IMG/VR virus record: IMGVR_UViG_3300017766_003100
Span: 64,001 to 128,000 of that record
Origin: a virus
Taxonomy: Duplodnaviria; Caudoviricetes
DNA length: 64,000 nt
Direction: 5' to 3' (one strand)
Part shown: piece after piece, positions 1 to 10,685 of the stretch
Layout of the letters: each line of letters opens with the position of its first letter
How positions within the stretch are numbered: the first letter of the stretch is position 1
The notes under the pieces: generated by a model
Told to the model about the DNA's origin: nothing
Databases searched by the model: none
What the model saw: the letters and a program-made list of their open reading frames with translations, nothing else
Translations under genes and position numbers: made by a program

Positions 1-3000
1 GCAATATTATATTCATCATCAACTACACCACAATCAAGTGCAATCTCTTATGTTGAGAATGTAAGATTTGGTTCTAATTATACTCACGCCAAAGTTGTCG
101 CTTCAAGTGGTGCTAACATCATTATGCAATGTTCCAATGTTAAGTATGGTGGTTACCCATTCACTATTGGTTTTTATGCAACAAATGATGGTAGTGGTAT
201 TGGTAGAATGCAATTAAGAAATGTAACATCAACTAATGGTGGAATTGTTACAACAACAGGATTGATTTTTGCTAAGGCTGATGCTCAAAGTTGTGGATTT
301 ATTGTTAATGGTTGTTTATTAACTAAAGCTGTAGGTGCTGCCGCGGGTACTGGATTTTATGTTGAAAATGGTGGGTTCTTAAGATTAACCGCTGTTAATT
401 TTCAAAGATGGTCAGTAGGTATTGACGCACCTCAAATTGGTTCTGCTCCAAGTATAGATGCAATTGCTCTTAATTTTGAAAACAATACAATTGATGTTAA
501 TATTGTACATTCAGGTACAACTGGTAAAATACAAGGTACGGATAATTTTTTAAAGACATTAATAAACATTAATGCCCCAATTTATGAAGTTAACCAAGAC
601 CCAAGACAAATAACTGTAGCTAAAAAAGGTGGTGATTTTTCATCAATTAAATCAGCCGTTGATTATTTAATTGCGTCAGGTAACACATCATTATCAAATA
701 GATTTGTTATTACTGTAGGACCTGGTTTTTTTTATGAAAATGAAATTGATTTAACTCAAACACCTTATGTAAGTATTGTTGGTAGTAATATACAAACAAC
801 ACAAATTCTTCCAAATTCAAGTACACAACATATCTTGAAAATAGGTCAAAATAATGAAGTTTCATTTTTATCATTCTCTGGTGCAGGTTTAGGATATGCC
901 GCAATTTATTGTTATGATATTGGGGATTTTGGTCAAGCACATAAGTGTTCATTCACAGATTGTGATACCAATGTATGGGTTGAATCGGTAACACAAGATA
1001 CCAATTTTTATGGGGAGTATTTAGATTTCAATGGTTCTTATACTTACGGAACGAAAGTAATTGCAACAAATGGTTTTGTTGCTCTTGCAAATATGGAAAA
1101 CTATTATAATTTCCCAATAGGAACTGGTATAACATATTGTAATTATGCTACAGGTAGTGGAGCAACATTAAGTATATTCGTTGGTGATAATCAATCAAAT
1201 GGTGTATCAGGTTCAACAGCTTATTACATACAAGATGGTGCTGAATTAAACGCTTCGACTATAACCATAGATGGATTTACATATGGTATTAGAAATCCAA
1301 ATATTGGTGATGGGGTAAGATTTGATGTTGACAACGCAAGTGTTATTAATGGTGAATGGGATTTATATATTGAGAGGTCAACAACTTTTGGTACATTTGG
1401 GGGTAGCTCCAATCACCAAAAAATATTCACAAATAGTTCAGACGTTTATTGGGTGTTTTTGGATATTGATGATGGTGAATTAGATATAACTAGAAAAGCA
1501 TCAGTAACATTTACCGATGGTTCACATACTGACTTCACTACATTGATATTTGAAGGTGGTTCAATGGGATTAATTAGTGGTGGTAGTTTGAGTGTGGTTA
1601 GTGGAACGACAATCCAAGCCGATGGTGGTTTTGGATATTTAGAAAAATCAGATAATAGTGGAATTGTTAGAAGAATTGATTGGATAAATAATCTTATAAC
1701 ATTATCTGCAAATACTGATGAATATATTTTTATAAATGAAAATAGTAATTTAAGTAGTTCTGGAACAAGACCTAATTCAGCATACAACATATTGTTGGGT
1801 AGGGTTGTAACAAATTCAACTGATGTAGAGTTCATTGATTTAAGTCCATTTAATGCTGAACATACTTCAAATAGATATGGTGACCTTTTATCAAATGCGT
1901 TAGGACCTATTTATGCTACAGGGTCAATTGTAACTGAAGGTGTTACACCATTCACACTTGATGTTACAAGTGGGGAATATTACTTTGCAACAAATCAGTT
2001 TTTACCATCAGGTGGAACTAATTTACAATTTGTACAATATTATAGAAACGGAACTGGTAGTACTTGGGTAACATCAGCAACAACTTTTGTAAATAATACA
2101 AGTTATGATAATAATGGAACACTTACAGGATTAACTACGAGTTATTTTACTAAACACACCTTGTATCTTGTTGGTGAGGGGTCATTAGAAAATTATTTTT
2201 TAGTATTAGGTCAAAATGAATATTCAACTTTACTTGCAGCTGAAAATGGTTTGTTACCCACACCACCATCATTCTTCTCAGATTCAGTAACTCAAATTGC
2301 AAACATTTATGTTCAACAAGGTGCAAGTGGTGTTACAATTATTGAAGATATTAGACCAACTATTGCATTTAGAGCTGGTGGTGTAAACGCGTCTTCAGTT
2401 CACGGAAACTTATTGGGTTTAAGTGCTGATGACCACACACAATACTTATTAGTTTCAGGAGCAAGAGCAATGTCAGGTAATCTTGATATGGGATTAAATG
2501 ACATAACTAATGTTGGTCTTGTTGATGGTGTGACAGTAAGCTCTCATGCAACAAGACATCAATTTGGTGGAGCTGACCCTGTGGGAACAACAACACCATC
2601 ACCAAATGCAATACCTTACGCTGATGTAAGTGGAACTTTGGATGATTGGATTTCAACTGGAACAACATCAACTTTAGGTAAAGTTAAATTAAGTGTTTCC
2701 CCAATATCAGCGTCAGACCCAATTGTTGTTGGTGATAATGATTTAAGAGTTACTCAAGCAATAAGTGGTGGTAGTTTCAATAATTCTACTGATACACTAA
2801 CATTAAATAGAAATGATGGTACTACATTACAAATAACTGGTTTTACTGATGTGTTTGTAACGGGTGGTACATTTAATAGTGGTAGTTTAACATTTACAAA
2901 TAATACTGGTGGTACATTTAGTGTATCAGGTATATCATCATTTGATACATTTGTCACAGGATTTACTTATTCAGATAATACATTTACAATATCTCAGAAT

Positions 3001-4065
3001 AGTGGTACATCGTTAACTGCAACAATTAATTCAGTAACAGGATTAACTGCGTCAACAATATCTGCAGCAACATTTAATGGGAATATTGTAGCACTAAACG
3101 GAACATCAGTTACAAATCCAACATATAGAACATCATTAGCGGGTTCTAATTTAAGTCCAAGGGCGACATTTGGTAGTGAAACAACTGCAGCTAACACACA
3201 TAGATATATTTTTGACCCAGTTAATCAAAATGGTTTAGTATTTTCTATAGCAAATAATGGTAGTGTTTATATTGCAAGAGGTGGAATTGTTGCTGGTGGT
3301 TCAGGTTCTATATCACAAGAAATTGGTGATTTAAGATTTTTTACTTTAAATTCACCTAATGCTACTTTGTTCTCAGAAAGAATGAGACTAGACCATTTTG
3401 GTAATCTTGGTATTGGTACAACATCTCCATCTGAAAAATTAGATGTTGTTGGGAAAACAAAGACATCAACATTACAAGTTACATCTGGTGCAACAAATGG
3501 GTATACTTTAATTTCAGATTCAAGTGGTAATGCTATTTGGACACCATTACCAACTTTTACAGGTGGTACTGTAACTGGTAGTACAAATTTTACAAACGGA
3601 TTAACCGCTAATACAATATCTGCAACAACATATCAAAACTTACCAATAGATGTATTCGTAACTGGAGGTACTTATTCAAATGGGGATGTTTTATTCACCA
3701 ATAATACTGGTGGAACATTTAATGTGAGTGGATTTTTTACAGGTTATACGAATGTAGTTAATTCAGTTACTGCTGGTGTAGGTTTATCAGGTGACACAAC
3801 AACTGGAGATATAACTTTAATTAATACCTCACCTGACCAAATTGTTACAATCAGTGGAGGAACTGGTATTACAACGGGAGGAACATATCCTGATTTTACA
3901 ATAACGAATTCATTACCTGACCAAGTTGTTACATTAAGTGGGGGAACTAATATTTCTATTACAGGAACTTATCCTAATTTTAATATATCATTTACAGGTT
4001 CAACAACATCAACCTTTGATTATGGTAAAACTTATGCAATATCAAATAGTTTTCAATTAATTTAA
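1..4065 (+). CDS. Large virion structural / tail-fibre-like protein, 5'-truncated (frame is open from base 1)
   Basis: No stop in frame between base 1 and the ORF-track ATG at 124. Gly/Thr/Ser-rich beta-type sequence with the fibre-typical motif GNLGIGTTSPSEKLDVVG. Internal repeats DVFVTGGT...FTNNTGGTF.VSG (2848-2931, 3649-3732) and PDQ.VT.SGGT.I...GTYP.F. Confidence 0.65.
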   Translation, partial: AILYSSSTTPQSSAISYVENVRFGSNYTHAKVVASSGANIIMQCSNVKYGGYPFTIGFYATNDGSGIGRMQLRNVTSTNGGIVTTTGLIFAKADAQSCGFIVNGCLLTKAVGAAAGTGFYVENGGFLRLTAVNFQRWSVGIDAPQIGSAPSIDAIALNFENNTIDVNIVHSGTTGKIQGTDNFLKTLININAPIYEVNQDPRQITVAKKGGDFSSIKSAVDYLIASGNTSLSNRFVITVGPGFFYENEIDLTQTPYVSIVGSNIQTTQILPNSSTQHILKIGQNNEVSFLSFSGAGLGYAAIYCYDIGDFGQAHKCSFTDCDTNVWVESVTQDTNFYGEYLDFNGSYTYGTKVIATNGFVALANMENYYNFPIGTGITYCNYATGSGATLSIFVGDNQSNGVSGSTAYYIQDGAELNASTITIDGFTYGIRNPNIGDGVRFDVDNASVINGEWDLYIERSTTFGTFGGSSNHQKIFTNSSDVYWVFLDIDDGELDITRKASVTFTDGSHTDFTTLIFEGGSMGLISGGSLSVVSGTTIQADGGFGYLEKSDNSGIVRRIDWINNLITLSANTDEYIFINENSNLSSSGTRPNSAYNILLGRVVTNSTDVEFIDLSPFNAEHTSNRYGDLLSNALGPIYATGSIVTEGVTPFTLDVTSGEYYFATNQFLPSGGTNLQFVQYYRNGTGSTWVTSATTFVNNTSYDNNGTLTGLTTSYFTKHTLYLVGEGSLENYFLVLGQNEYSTLLAAENGLLPTPPSFFSDSVTQIANIYVQQGASGVTIIEDIRPTIAFRAGGVNASSVHGNLLGLSADDHTQYLLVSGARAMSGNLDMGLNDITNVGLVDGVTVSSHATRHQFGGADPVGTTTPSPNAIPYADVSGTLDDWISTGTTSTLGKVKLSVSPISASDPIVVGDNDLRVTQAISGGSFNNSTDTLTLNRNDGTTLQITGFTDVFVTGGTFNSGSLTFTNNTGGTFSVSGISSFDTFVTGFTYSDNTFTISQNSGTSLTATINSVTGLTASTISAATFNGNIVALNGTSVTNPTYRTSLAGSNLSPRATFGSETTAANTHRYIFDPVNQNGLVFSIANNGSVYIARGGIVAGGSGSISQEIGDLRFFTLNSPNATLFSERMRLDHFGNLGIGTTSPSEKLDVVGKTKTSTLQVTSGATNGYTLISDSSGNAIWTPLPTFTGGTVTGSTNFTNGLTANTISATTYQNLPIDVFVTGGTYSNGDVLFTNNTGGTFNVSGFFTGYTNVVNSVTAGVGLSGDTTTGDITLINTSPDQIVTISGGTGITTGGTYPDFTITNSLPDQVVTLSGGTNISITGTYPNFNISFTGSTTSTFDYGKTYAISNSFQLI

Positions 4066-4084
4066 AATAAAAAAATAAAATAAT

Positions 4085-4504
4085 ATGCCAGCTAACACAT
4101 CACCAATTTTTACACTAACACCTGATATACAATGGACAGATGCTATGACAGTAGCAAATACCACAAAAGATTTAACATCAGGTACGATTTATTTAGTATT
4201 TACCGCAGGAGCTAATGGAGGTTATGTACAAAGAATAAGATTTAGAACCTTAGGAACAAACTCGGCAGCAACTGTCGCAAGGATTTGGATTAATAATGGA
4301 AGTACTACATCAACCTCATCTAATAATGTTTTATGGGATGAGATAACATTACCGACAACAACTAACTCAGAGGTTGCAGCACAAGCCAACTATGAACTAC
4401 CATTGAATTTTGCTTTACCTCCAAGTTACGCCATGTATGTTACTTTAGGTACCGCCCCAAATGCGGCAGGTTGGGATGCAACAATAATTGGTGGAGAATA
4501 TTAA
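4085..4504 (+). CDS. Small beta-rich protein, probably virion/fibre-associated
   Basis: 139-aa ORF directly after the fibre-like gene with similar Thr/Gly/Asn-rich composition; no motif recognised. Confidence 0.5.
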   Translation: MPANTSPIFTLTPDIQWTDAMTVANTTKDLTSGTIYLVFTAGANGGYVQRIRFRTLGTNSAATVARIWINNGSTTSTSSNNVLWDEITLPTTTNSEVAAQANYELPLNFALPPSYAMYVTLGTAPNAAGWDATIIGGEY

Positions 4505-4518
4505 AATATTAATTATAT

Positions 4519-4692
4519 ATGTTTACTTATGCACTTTGTGAATTTCAGTATGGTTATAATGGTCAATTTTATCAAAGAAATGATGAACTTGGTAATACAG
4601 TTTTTTTTAGTTTAGTGGGAGATATATTAGATTTAATTCCTCCTTATGGGTATTTTATTGTTGAAACTGATGTTACACCACCTTGGGTTTAA
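4519..4692 (+). CDS. 57-aa hypothetical protein missed by the ORF track (MFTYALCEFQ...DVTPPWV)
   Basis: ATG at 4519 to TAA at 4690-4692; exactly fills the gap between two co-oriented genes and has an A/T-rich start context like its neighbours. Confidence 0.6.
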   Translation: MFTYALCEFQYGYNGQFYQRNDELGNTVFFSLVGDILDLIPPYGYFIVETDVTPPWV

Positions 4693-4705
4693 AAATTAAA
4701 AATAT

Positions 4706-5602
4706 ATGATTGATTATAACAACTTAGCCAATATAGATAAAAATATTTCCGTGTTCACCGCAGTAGGGGCATCGGCTTGGCAAACTTGGCAAAAACCGAG
4801 AGGTTGTAAGTTTGTATATATGTTTGTTATTGGTGGAGGTGCTGGAGGTGGTGGAGGTAGGTCAACTACAGGTAACAGAGGAGGTGGTGGTGGAGGTGGT
4901 TCTTCAGGAATAAATAAAGGTATGTTTATGGCAAATACTATACCTGATACATTGTATATAAATGTTGGGGTAGGAGGTGCAGGTGGTTCTGCGGGTGGTA
5001 CTGGAGTATCAGGTACAATTTCTTATGTATCTGTACAACCAAATACTACCGCAGTAAATGTTTTATTATATTCTAACTCATCAGTACCAACAGGAGGTGC
5101 ATCAACTGGAGGTGCGGGTAATACTGGAGGTGCAATCACAACAACTAATCAAATAATTAGTTTTGCGGGAGTTACTCAATATAGTGCAGGGTTAAATGGT
5201 GGAAATGGTGGTGCGAATACTGGAGGTGTGGGTACATCAATAGGTATGACAACAATTGTAACAGGAGGGGCTGGTGGTGGAGGTTCAAGTACTGCAAACG
5301 TAAATGGTGCTGGAGGTTCAGTTACACTTGGTACGGGTTTACCTACAATGTCAGGTGGGGCTGCAGGTGGTACAAATAATGGTATGGATGGATTTAATGG
5401 TTTTTTACCAACACAAAATAATATAATAAGTGACGCCTTTGTTTTTGGAGGAGGTGCTGGAGGTGGAGCTAATGGTACTGGAATAGGAGGAAATGGTGGA
5501 AACGGAGGATATGGATGTGGTGGTGGAGGCGGAGGAGCTGGAACAACTGCAGGTAGAGGTGGAAAAGGTGGTGATGGTTTGGTAATAATAATTTCATATT
5601 AA
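4706..5602 (+). CDS. Glycine-rich protein, paralogue 1 (polyglycine-type fibre/adhesin-like)
   Basis: N-terminal W.KP.GC.FV...GGGAGGGGG and C-terminal GCGGGGGGAG...GG.GGDGLVII motifs shared with the next two genes. Confidence 0.7.
   Translation: MIDYNNLANIDKNISVFTAVGASAWQTWQKPRGCKFVYMFVIGGGAGGGGGRSTTGNRGGGGGGGSSGINKGMFMANTIPDTLYINVGVGGAGGSAGGTGVSGTISYVSVQPNTTAVNVLLYSNSSVPTGGASTGGAGNTGGAITTTNQIISFAGVTQYSAGLNGGNGGANTGGVGTSIGMTTIVTGGAGGGGSSTANVNGAGGSVTLGTGLPTMSGGAAGGTNNGMDGFNGFLPTQNNIISDAFVFGGGAGGGANGTGIGGNGGNGGYGCGGGGGGAGTTAGRGGKGGDGLVIIISY
4838..4893 (+). repeat. 56-nt direct repeat, copy 1 (identical to 6628-6683)
   Basis: ggtgctggaggtggtggaggtaggtcaactacaggtaacagaggaggtggtggtgg is present identically in paralogues 1 and 3. 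Confidence 0.9.
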
Positions 5603-5606
5603 TATT

Positions 5607-6491
5607 ATGTTAGATTTATTTAATTTTGCGGATACTAATTACAATACCCAGGTCTTTATGAGAACTGGAGAATGGGAAACTTGGTACAAACCAAAAGGTT
5701 GTAAATTCGTTTTTTTTCTAACACTTGGTGGTGGTGCTGGAGGTGGTGGAGGACAATCAGGTGCTGCTGCGTCAACTCGTACAGGAGGCGGAGGAGGTGG
5801 TAGTAGTGCTTTAACAACACTATTAATGCCCGCAATAGCCATACCAAATAAATTAAGTATATCGGTTGGAATTGGTGGAACTGGTGGAAGTGCTGGAGGT
5901 AATGGAACTGCGGGAACTAATAGTTATATTTCAGTGTATCCTCAAAGTAGGTCAGTACAAAATCAAATTTTAGCGAGTAGCACTTCAAATAATATAGGAG
6001 GAACAAGTGCGGGTACTGGAGGTGGTGCGGCTAACGCATCCGCTTTATCCGAATGTAGACTAAGTGGTCCTGGTATTATTAATAGTATCGCGGGACAAGC
6101 AGGTAGTGCTGGAGGAGCTACGAGTGGTTCTGGTATTGTTGTAAATAGACCTATAAGTGGTGGTGCTGGTGGTGCGGGTATTATAGGGTCAGGCCCATTA
6201 GCTGGTGGGACTATACAAGTAGGCGGATTTATACCAAATATTAATACACCAGCAGGTGCTGGTAGGTCAGGGTTAGATGGATTTAATGGATTTACCCCAT
6301 CTTCATTAATATCAACAAAATTACCATTATTTTTTACAGGTGGCTCTGGAGGCAATAGTATTGATAGTGGAACAGGAGGAAATGGTGGAAATGGTGGATT
6401 TGGATGTGGAGGAGGTGGTGGTGCTGCAGGTACTACTGGAGGAAGAGGTGGAAATGGAGGTAATGGTTTAGTAATAATAACTTGTTGGTAA
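5607..6491 (+). CDS. Glycine-rich protein, paralogue 2
   Basis: Same architecture as 4706-5602; ends GG.GG.GLVIITCW. Confidence 0.7.
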   Translation: MLDLFNFADTNYNTQVFMRTGEWETWYKPKGCKFVFFLTLGGGAGGGGGQSGAAASTRTGGGGGGSSALTTLLMPAIAIPNKLSISVGIGGTGGSAGGNGTAGTNSYISVYPQSRSVQNQILASSTSNNIGGTSAGTGGGAANASALSECRLSGPGIINSIAGQAGSAGGATSGSGIVVNRPISGGAGGAGIIGSGPLAGGTIQVGGFIPNINTPAGAGRSGLDGFNGFTPSSLISTKLPLFFTGGSGGNSIDSGTGGNGGNGGFGCGGGGGAAGTTGGRGGNGGNGLVIITCW

Positions 6492-6495
6492 ATAT

Positions 6496-7403
6496 ATGAT
6501 AGATTATAACAATTTAACAAATATAGATAAAAATATTTCTGTATTCACCACAGTAGGTGCATCAGTTTGGCAGACTTGGCAAAAACCAAAAGGATGTAAA
6601 TTTGTACAATTTCTTGTAATAGGAAGTGGTGCTGGAGGTGGTGGAGGTAGGTCAACTACAGGTAACAGAGGAGGTGGTGGTGGTGGCGGTAGTTCGGCAA
6701 TTAGTAAATTATTTATTAGTGCTAATTTGATACCTGATGTATTATATGTTTTAGTTGGGGTTGGGGGTAATGGTGGTACTGCTGGTAATTCAGGTAGTGT
6801 TGGTCAGGTGTCTTATGTATCAGTTCAACCTGATTTAAGTCTTTATAATGTTTTAATTGGGAGTAGTAATACTCAACCAACTGGAGGTGTTGGGTCAGGA
6901 GGTAGTGGTGGTGGTGGCGGTGGTACAGGTGCTGCCGCTTTTGTACAGGGTACGGGGATACCTAGTTATAATGGTATTTTTACTTCAAATGTGGGTGTAA
7001 ATGGTGGTGGAGGTGGTTCGGCTGGTACTGCGGGGGTATCGATATCAATAGCAAATATTGTAACAGGTGGAGCTGGTGGTGGTGGAGCTAATACTTCAAT
7101 AGGGTTAGCTGGAGGTAACATCACAGGTAGTGGGTTTGTCCCAACCATATTAGGTGGTACTGGGGGTACTTCAACAAGTGGGTCAGGAAATGCGGGTTTT
7201 GGGGAATATAGAATGTGTGATTCATCAAGACCTCAAAGTATTTTTTTACAGGTGGTGCTGGTGGTGGAGCTAATGGTTCTGGAAATGGAGGTAATGGTGG
7301 TAATGGCTCTTATGGATGTGGAGGAGGAGGTGGTGGTGCAGGTTTAATTGGTGGAAGTGGCGGAAAAGGTGGAGATGGTTTGGTAATAATAACTTGTTGG
7401 TAA
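6496..7403 (+). CDS. Glycine-rich protein, paralogue 3, with a one-base frame break near 7241-7247 (frameshift, phase variation or assembly error)
   Basis: The zero frame stops at 7347 with an aberrant Val/Met/Glu tail. The -1 frame (open from 7221) encodes FFTGGAGGGANGSGNGG...GLVIITCW to TAA 7401-7403, matching the C-terminus of paralogue 2. Confidence 0.75.
6628..6683 (+). repeat. 56-nt direct repeat, copy 2
   Basis: Identical to 4838-4893. Confidence 0.9.
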
Positions 7404-7415
7404 TATTTATGACAT

Positions 7416-7949
7416 ATGCCACATCAAATATCAATATCAGCAGTTACAGGAACACCCCCATATTCAATCACAGTTTGTGATACCACATTAGTTTATTGTT
7501 ATTTAATAACGGGGTCAACTACTATTCCACCCACATTTACGTTTGATGTACCACCACCATTAGATGTTGCGGATAGTGTTATTGTTAAAGTTATGGATAG
7601 TAATGGATGTGAAATATTTTTACCATATTCTTGTCCTCCAACACCTACACCTACTCCAAGTTTTACTCCAACACCAACACCTACACCAACTGGAACTTGT
7701 AGATGTATTCAAGTTACAAATACGGGAACAACTGGAGGAACATTTTATTATACTCAATGTGATGGAACTATAACAAGTGTTTTACCAATCAATTCTGGAA
7801 CAACATTATATTATTGTGGAACTAATCCAATAGCATTAACCGAATGTGACATTTATATTGGTGACAATTGTGTTAGTAATAGTTGTGTAAGTATTACACC
7901 AACACCCTCAGTAACACCAACAATTACTCCTTCACCAAGTAGTCCATAA
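7416..7949 (+). CDS. Cys-rich protein with mucin-like Pro/Thr repeats, probably virion-associated
   Basis: PTPTPTP tracts at 7635-7691 and 7896-7946; many Cys; TATTTAT motif at 7404-7410. Confidence 0.6.
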   Translation: MPHQISISAVTGTPPYSITVCDTTLVYCYLITGSTTIPPTFTFDVPPPLDVADSVIVKVMDSNGCEIFLPYSCPPTPTPTPSFTPTPTPTPTGTCRCIQVTNTGTTGGTFYYTQCDGTITSVLPINSGTTLYYCGTNPIALTECDIYIGDNCVSNSCVSITPTPSVTPTITPSPSSP

Positions 7950-8008
7950 AATTTATATTTAATATATCCTTTTATTTTGATTTTTTTATTTTTTAAATAA
8001 AAATAAGA

Positions 8009-9259
8009 ATGTCAACAATATTTGTACAAATAGCCTCATTTAGAGACCCCCAACTCAATCCAACCTTAGAAGATTTAATATCCAAAGCAAAATACCCTAA
8101 AAAACTTAGAATTGGTATTTGTAATCAATTTAATGAAAATGATGAATTTAATCTTGACCATTATAGAAAGGATAAAAGATTTAGAATTATTGATGTAAAA
8201 GATATAGATTCACCAGGTGTTTGTTGGGCAAGAAATCAAGTTCAACAATTATATTCAGGAGAAACATATACATTACAAATTGATTCCCATATGAGATTTG
8301 AACAAGATTGGGATGAAATATTAATTAATATGTTAAAAGACCTTCAATCAAAAGGATATCCAAAACCTTTGTTGACTGGTTATGTCTCATCATTTGACCC
8401 AGATAATGACCCACAAGGTAGAGTAACTGAACCTTGGAGAATGACATTTGATAGATTTATTCCTGAAGGTGCTGTATTCTTTTTACCCGAAGTTATTCCA
8501 AATTGGAGGGAATTAAGTGGGCCAATTCCCGCAAGATTCTACTCAGCACATTTCTGTTTCACATTAGGTGAATTTAGTAATGAAGTTCAACACGACCCTG
8601 AATATTATTTCCACGGAGAAGAGATATCTGTTGGTGTTAGAGCATTCACCCACGGATATGATTTATTTCATCCACACCGAGTTATTATTTGGCATGAGTA
8701 TACAAGAAAAGGAAGAACCAAACAATGGGATGTTGATAAAGTTTGGTTTAAGAAAAACGAAAAATCCCATGCAAGAAATAGAAGATTATTCTCGATGGAT
8801 GGTGAAGTATATAATCCTGAAGAATTTGGTAAATACGGATTTGGTACTGAAAGGACTTTAGAAGATTATGAGAAATATGCAGGTATAAAGTTTAATAGAA
8901 GGGGTGTACAGAAATATACAACGGATAAAAACTATCCTCCTAATCCATATAATTTTGAAACTGAGGAAGAATACTTAAATAGTTTTGCAAGTGTATTCAA
9001 ACATTGTATTGATGTTCATTTTGGTCAAGTACCTGAAAAGGATTATGATTTTTGGGTTGTAGCATTTCACGATAATAAAGACGAAACGATGTTTAGACAA
9101 GATGCTGATATCAATGAAATTAATAGAGTTTTACAAGACCCTGATGGTTATTGTAAAATATGGAGGGAATTTAATACCATAACAAAACCATCTTATTGGG
9201 TTGTGTGGCCACACTCAAAATCAAAAGGATGGTGTGATAGAATAACAGGTAATTTATAA
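8009..9259 (+). CDS. GT60-like (GlcNAc family) polypeptide GlcNAc-transferase
   Basis: Motifs IFVQIASFRD, LQIDSHMRF (DxH), FHGEEIS and RAFTHGYDLFHP, recalled as characteristic of the Skp1/mucin GlcNAc-transferase family. Confidence 0.75.
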   Translation: MSTIFVQIASFRDPQLNPTLEDLISKAKYPKKLRIGICNQFNENDEFNLDHYRKDKRFRIIDVKDIDSPGVCWARNQVQQLYSGETYTLQIDSHMRFEQDWDEILINMLKDLQSKGYPKPLLTGYVSSFDPDNDPQGRVTEPWRMTFDRFIPEGAVFFLPEVIPNWRELSGPIPARFYSAHFCFTLGEFSNEVQHDPEYYFHGEEISVGVRAFTHGYDLFHPHRVIIWHEYTRKGRTKQWDVDKVWFKKNEKSHARNRRLFSMDGEVYNPEEFGKYGFGTERTLEDYEKYAGIKFNRRGVQKYTTDKNYPPNPYNFETEEEYLNSFASVFKHCIDVHFGQVPEKDYDFWVVAFHDNKDETMFRQDADINEINRVLQDPDGYCKIWREFNTITKPSYWVVWPHSKSKGWCDRITGNL

Positions 9260-9261
9260 AG

Positions 9262-9945
9262 ATGAAAGAAATATATAAAATAATTCATAATTTTAAAATT
9301 GATAAAAAGTTTTGGACTTATGATAATTTAACTGGAGAAGATTATGATTTCAAACGTTCAAAACCTGCACCATATTTAAAAGTTGCAATTCAGATTGCCA
9401 AGTTATTAAATTTAAAATCAGTAGTTGAGATAGGTTCAACTAGATTTGCGGTAACTCAAAAGTGTATAGATTATTATAATTCTGAAAATAACGCTTTTTT
9501 ATCCCCACCATGTTGTTGTGATGGTCATGGAGGATTCTTTTGGACTGAAGCGGGATTTGATGTTTATACTGTTGATATTGATACTAATTGTTTAAATGGT
9601 ATAAATTGGTCGTATAGTAACTTAAATAGAAATAAACCATCAAATCTACAAGTTAATATTCCAAAAGATGGGATTGAATTTTTAAATGAATTCAACAAAA
9701 ATATTGATGTGTTATTTTTAGATGGGTGGGACAAAGGTACACCTAATTACGCTGAAAAACATTTAGAAGCTTATTTTGCCGCTAAAGATAAACTTTCAGA
9801 TATAAATTTAATTTTAATTGATGACACTGATTATATAACAACTGATGGTGGTAAAGATATGTTATTATCACCAATTTTATTAGATGAGGGATATATCCCA
9901 TTATTTAACGGAAGACAAACATTATTTTTGAAATGGAACAAGTAA
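9262..9945 (+). CDS. Putative class I SAM-dependent methyltransferase
   Basis: SVVEIGS (motif I-like), YTVDID, DVLFLDGWD and ILIDD patterns typical of small O-methyltransferases. Confidence 0.55.
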   Translation: MKEIYKIIHNFKIDKKFWTYDNLTGEDYDFKRSKPAPYLKVAIQIAKLLNLKSVVEIGSTRFAVTQKCIDYYNSENNAFLSPPCCCDGHGGFFWTEAGFDVYTVDIDTNCLNGINWSYSNLNRNKPSNLQVNIPKDGIEFLNEFNKNIDVLFLDGWDKGTPNYAEKHLEAYFAAKDKLSDINLILIDDTDYITTDGGKDMLLSPILLDEGYIPLFNGRQTLFLKWNK

Positions 9946-10685
9946 TAATAACATTAACAACAATACCCAATAGATTAAACACTACTAATGGTGGATTAAA
10001 ACCAGTAATAGATAAAATGTTAAATTTATCATATTCAAATTATGTAATTCATTTGAATATACCTGAAATTTGTAAAAAATCTGGTGAAAAATATATAATA
10101 CCACAATGGTTAACAGAAATTAATAATCCAAAATTAAAAATTTTTAGAACTGAAGATTATGGTTCTTTAACTAAAATACTTCCAACATTGATGAGATTGG
10201 ATAGGAATGATAATAGTGTTTTAATTACTATTGATGATGATTTAGAATACATTGATGGTTTCATTGAATATCATTTGGAAAAAAGAAAACAATATCCAAA
10301 TTCTGCTTTGGGATTTGCTGGGTTATCCGCTATTGATGGTAGTTGTCATTTTTGTACAACTTTAAAAAAAGATACAAGAGTAAAGATTTTAGAAGGATAT
10401 AAAACAATATCATATGTTAATAGTTTTTTCAAACAAGATTTTTTTGATGAATTTGTTGGTAAATCTTGGAGTGATGATATTATAATATCTGCTTATTTGG
10501 GGAAACATAATATTGAAAAAATTGTTATGAACTATAATAAGGATTCTGATTTCAATCCAAGAGTAGAATCTTTTCCAATTGTAGGTCATCTTCCAAATGA
10601 AAGGGGTGGTTGTTTTTGGTTTAGGAATGAAAACATAAATGACAATGCCGATATATGGTATAAACTTGGTTATTTAGAAAGATAA
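9933..10685 (+). CDS. GT-A-fold glycosyltransferase
   Basis: N-terminal VIITLTTIPNRL and DxD-containing ITIDDDLEY, plus SDDIIISAYL. Confidence 0.6.
   Translation: MEQVIITLTTIPNRLNTTNGGLKPVIDKMLNLSYSNYVIHLNIPEICKKSGEKYIIPQWLTEINNPKLKIFRTEDYGSLTKILPTLMRLDRNDNSVLITIDDDLEYIDGFIEYHLEKRKQYPNSALGFAGLSAIDGSCHFCTTLKKDTRVKILEGYKTISYVNSFFKQDFFDEFVGKSWSDDIIISAYLGKHNIEKIVMNYNKDSDFNPRVESFPIVGHLPNERGGCFWFRNENINDNADIWYKLGYLER

Noticed and set aside
5639-7148. Minus-strand Pro-rich ORFs (5639-5842, 5963-6520, 6966-7148)
   Set aside because: Antisense shadows of GGT/GGA glycine codons; no independent start context.
4706-7403. Diversity-generating retroelement template/variable repeat pair
   Set aside because: No reverse transcriptase in the window, and the shared patch is identical rather than differing at adenines.
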